Below are positions 60,190 to 64,000 of a stretch of DNA of 64,000 nt, in pieces; the first letter of the stretch is position 1, and each line of letters opens with the position of its first letter. The stretch lies in NCBI RefSeq assembly GCF_009914755.1, contig NC_060931.1. One strand, given 5' to 3'. The notes beneath the pieces were generated by a model that was not told the DNA's origin, did no database searches, and was given only the letters and a program-made list of their open reading frames with translations. Made by a program: the position numbers and the translations under genes. This DNA is from the human T2T-CHM13v2.0 reference genome, Homo sapiens.

Positions 60190-61290
60190 CTGCTCCCTGT
60201 TTCTATTTCCTCTCTTTTCACTCTCTCTTAACACAACCCAATCAACTTGTATCACCATTACTCCACCAAACTATCTTTTACTAAAATCACCAATGACCGT
60301 CTCAGTTTCACATCTAATGATCAGTCTTCATCTTCTCAAATCTTTCAGCAGCATCTGACAGAATTGATCTCTTCTTACTCTTTGAAAACTTGCCTCACGT
60401 GGCTTCCAGGACACTTCTTTCTCTGAGCTCTCTTCTTCCTTCACAACTTCGCCCTCATAATCTCTTTTGCCCATTGCTTCTCCAGCTTTGCCACCTGTAA
60501 GACTCAGCCTCTTCCTTGGACCTCTCATCATCTCTATCTACCCTCACTCCCTAGGTAACTTCATTCATTCCCACAACTTTCAATTTCATTTTTATGAAGA
60601 TTTCTAAATGTATAATTCTTGTTCTGATTTCTACCTGAGCCTTAATTTCCACATGCAGATGCTGTTTCTGTATGTCCACATGAAGGCCTAAAGCACAACA
60701 TTGTAAAATGTCCAAGATTAGTTTTAAAATTTCCTGCCTACTCTGTCCCTAGAAAATAAATCTCAAACTGGATGACAACTCACCACCTGCCTCATTACAT
60801 GGCTTAAACATCCATTATCTTTTTGTGCTTGGATTATTGTGACTATCACCTAATGAATCATTCTACTTCCATTTTTGTCTCCCTACACTCAGTTCTCTAC
60901 ACAAAAGCCAAACTCATCCCTTTTTTTTACCCTACTCCAGCTGCACTGGCTTCCTCATTGTTCCTTGATCATAACAATCATGCTTTAAATTCAGAGCTCT
61001 TGCAATCATTCTGCAGTCTGCTGGAAAACTTGCCACTGCACATTTGTGGGCCTTGGTCCTGACTTCAGGATGTGGTCAAATGTCAGAGAAGTTTCTCTAG
61101 TCCCTTGAGCCTCCTTTTAAAACATCAATTATTACAACCTAAAGTATTATTTATTTGATTTGTTTAATTGTCTGCATTCTTTCATCTTAATCAAAGTTCC
61201 ATAAGCAAAAGAACTTTCTTTGTGTCACTGGTCTATATCAGATCCTAAATCAGTGACTAACAAAAGTCAGGATAAATCAAGAAATAAATG
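60190..61290. mobile_element. L2 fragment
   Basis: aaaatcaccaatgacc...tttcagcagcatctgaca...ggcttccaggacac. Confidence 0.72.
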
Positions 61291-62881
61291 AAAACTTTTT
61301 TGAAAAGTTTTCTAAGTTCTTGAAGCAACTGTTGAGAAGGATTCTTAGGGATTTTAGGCTTGATGTGAAAAATTGTCCTAATTGATTGGCAATGCATGCC
61401 ATGGGTGCTTAAGTGCTTTAGTGCCACACATTTCCTATCACTTACTCAGCTATATATATTTCCTAGTTCCTATATTTGCTTGTTAGAGTACCATTTCAAT
61501 TTCTATAATTTAGAAAGATAGGATTTTATTTGTGCAAATGTATGGGGTAACTGAGAAATGTTTTACATGTAAAGGGTATTTAGAGTGATCATTGCCCAAG
61601 TACAATACATTTATTAAGTATAATCACCCTTCTCTGCTATCAAGCATTGAATTTATTCCTAGAAAGACATTTTTAAATAGCTTTGAAAGTAAAGCTGTTT
61701 TTAAATATATTAGGGCTAGATGGATCAGAAATCGTCTCTGACTAAAATAATGCTAATCTATATAGTCCATTTACCTTGCAATTCCATGGTGCAAAAACAC
61801 TGAATATATTTTGTGTGTGGCTGAAAATGGATGCCATAATAGGATTCCTGAAATTCAAGTCGTTTGGAAAGTGATGTGCTTTCATATAAGCATAATTTCT
61901 GGCAAAAATATTGATTTTTAAAAGAAAGTTCCTTCTTTTTAAGTTTGCAAATTATAATTTTATTCATAGATAGTTAAATGGCATAATGTATATAGGAGTG
62001 AATTATTAGATGAGGTCTCGAATCAGAATGCCTGAGTTGAATCTCATCTCTACTACCTAAGTATTATGTAACCTAGAGGGTTTATGCTTTGGCAAAATGG
62101 AGATAGTGATACCTATTTCTCAGAGTTGTGTAAGGTTTAATATAAAATGTATAGTCTGTAATACTGTCACTACATTAAAGTATGTATTCAATATAACAGT
62201 TACTATGAATGATGTAAAATAGTTGTGGTTGCCTTTTTGGGTACTCATCAACATTGTTTTTATATTTCCAAATGTGTGTGTGTATGAAAAAACATTCAGT
62301 GGTTACGTCAGGAACATATTTAAAATTTAAAAGTTCAACGCTTATATTTGAAAATGCATAGCTTGTGTTAGCTGTTCAAAAACTTAATGCTGTTGGTGAG
62401 TGTGGAAATAATTTACTCCAGCATTCTTGCATGCATATATATAAAACATGGCATCAATATTTTGTAAAAATCTGCAATGTGAAAGATATACCTTAATACA
62501 GTTATTCTTCCTAATTATCCAACAATTGTTGTTTGGCATTCAATTTATAAAATGCTTACACTTGAAGAATTAAATAAAATTCAATTTGATTAGTTACAAT
62601 GGAACTGGGAATTTGCACCAGATTATATATTTATGTTTTAATGGAAATTTAAGACATGCAAGTATATGTTTTTAAAGAGCTATGAAACCATCTATTAATA
62701 TGACTTTACTTTTGGCCACACGTATAGCTAGGGAAGTTCTTGTGTTCTAAGAACCTCCAAATGGCAGAGATAGCAGTTGATTAAATGGCATCATGTCCCT
62801 CCAAGTAGTCACCCCCCTAAGTAAGTTGGGCAGGAGACTAAACAATTGCTTTAGTGTAAACAATCAGAAATAATACAAACA

Positions 62882-63190
62882 GGCTGCATGTGGTGGCTCA
62901 CACCTGTAATCCCAGCATTTTGGGAGGCTGAAGCAGGCAGATCGCTGGAGCCCAGGAGTTCAAGACCAGCTTGGGCAACATGGTGAGCCCCTGTCGCTAC
63001 TAAAAACGCAAAAATATAGTCGGGCATGGTGGTGGACACCTGTGGTCCCAGTTACTCTGGAAGCTGAAGTGGGAGGATCACTGGAGTCTGGGGATGGAGG
63101 TTGCAGTGAGCCAAGATTGTACCACTGAACTCCATCCTGAGAGACAGAGTGAGACTCTGTCTCAATAAATAAATAAATATATAAATAAAA
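62882..63190 (+). mobile_element. AluJ (Jb-like)
   Basis: gagcccaggagttcaagaccagcttgggcaacatggtga; ggaggatcac; (AATA)n tail. Confidence 0.92.
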
Positions 63191-64000
63191 ACAAATTTTA
63201 AAACCCTAAGTTGAGTTTTCAACTTATGAGATTTCATTTATGAAATCCAGAATTATGAGAAAGAGGTATATAACAAGTTAATTTTTAAATCCTCAGTGTA
63301 TCCATCTGTCTGTGTATTTTATTATAGTATCTAATACTAAAATGGTAAGCATTCATTTAAACACAAACACACAGACACACGCATCAAGAAAACCAAGTGA
63401 TTTCTTTGGGGAAAAATGCAAATGTGTGGAATTTGTGCAATTAATCCAGTCTAAAATCTTAAAAACAGGAGAGCCTCATCACTATTTAATTTTTCTTCTA
63501 TTTCCATTGAGAAAATTGTCTCTCCTTTTTATATGAGGGACAGGAAGGGGGAGGCAACTGTATCCTCAAAAAATTTCCTGTCCACCAGGTTTCACTAGCT
63601 TTTTTGGGAAGGTAAATTGACCCTGACTGGCAGACCTCTATTATGATATTTATGAGAGTTAATTACCAATGTTGAAGTTATTGAAAAGTTTCAGAAAGAG
63701 CTCACCAATCTTAGGTTGCACAATCATTCAGGATAAAATTGCTCTCTGATAATAGGGGACAAAGTTTGCCATTTAACCTTCAGTTTCTTTCTTTAAGTTT
63801 TGGGGCTCTAAACCACAAAATAAATTACATTGTTGTAATTAAGGCAAATTTCCTTCTGCCAGATAAATCATCCTAGATATACAAAGAGTTGGAAAATTGT
63901 TGCTTTAATCAATAGAAATTATTCAAACACTGAAAAGAGCTACTCTAACTAAAAAAAAGTCATGAAAGAAAATAGAACATATAACTACAAAATATAAAAT

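Overview
AT-rich primate sequence, most likely human, from inside the diacylglycerol kinase beta gene (DGKB), which runs on the minus strand. Six coding exons (117, 74, 75, 86, 90 and 161 nt) have canonical AG/GT boundaries and splice into one continuous frame: [10 protein letters not shown]...NPKSGGKQG...[10 protein letters not shown]...[11 protein letters not shown]...INNYFSIGV. This covers the post-C1 linker, the catalytic (DAGKc) domain and the start of the accessory domain. The rest is intron, mostly transposon relics: THE1 and MLT1/MST MaLR LTRs, a MER31-like LTR, Alus, L1, L2, MIR, a near full-length Tigger1, Tigger2a, MER20, a hAT element and MER85. Almost all entries in the ORF track are incidental. 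I see no support for a new multi-gene system. The most notable items are a very young L1HS-type (ACG/A) insertion without a visible TSD, an intact MER85 piggyBac MITE, a tailless 5S rRNA retropseudogene, an Alu tail expanded into a ~0.5 kb palindromic TA array, a candidate recursive splice site, a locally templated L1 micro-duplication, and inverted Alus bracketing the catalytic exons. Repeat subfamily names come from recalled consensus sequences and need RepeatMasker/Dfam confirmation; boundaries of old repeats are approximate.
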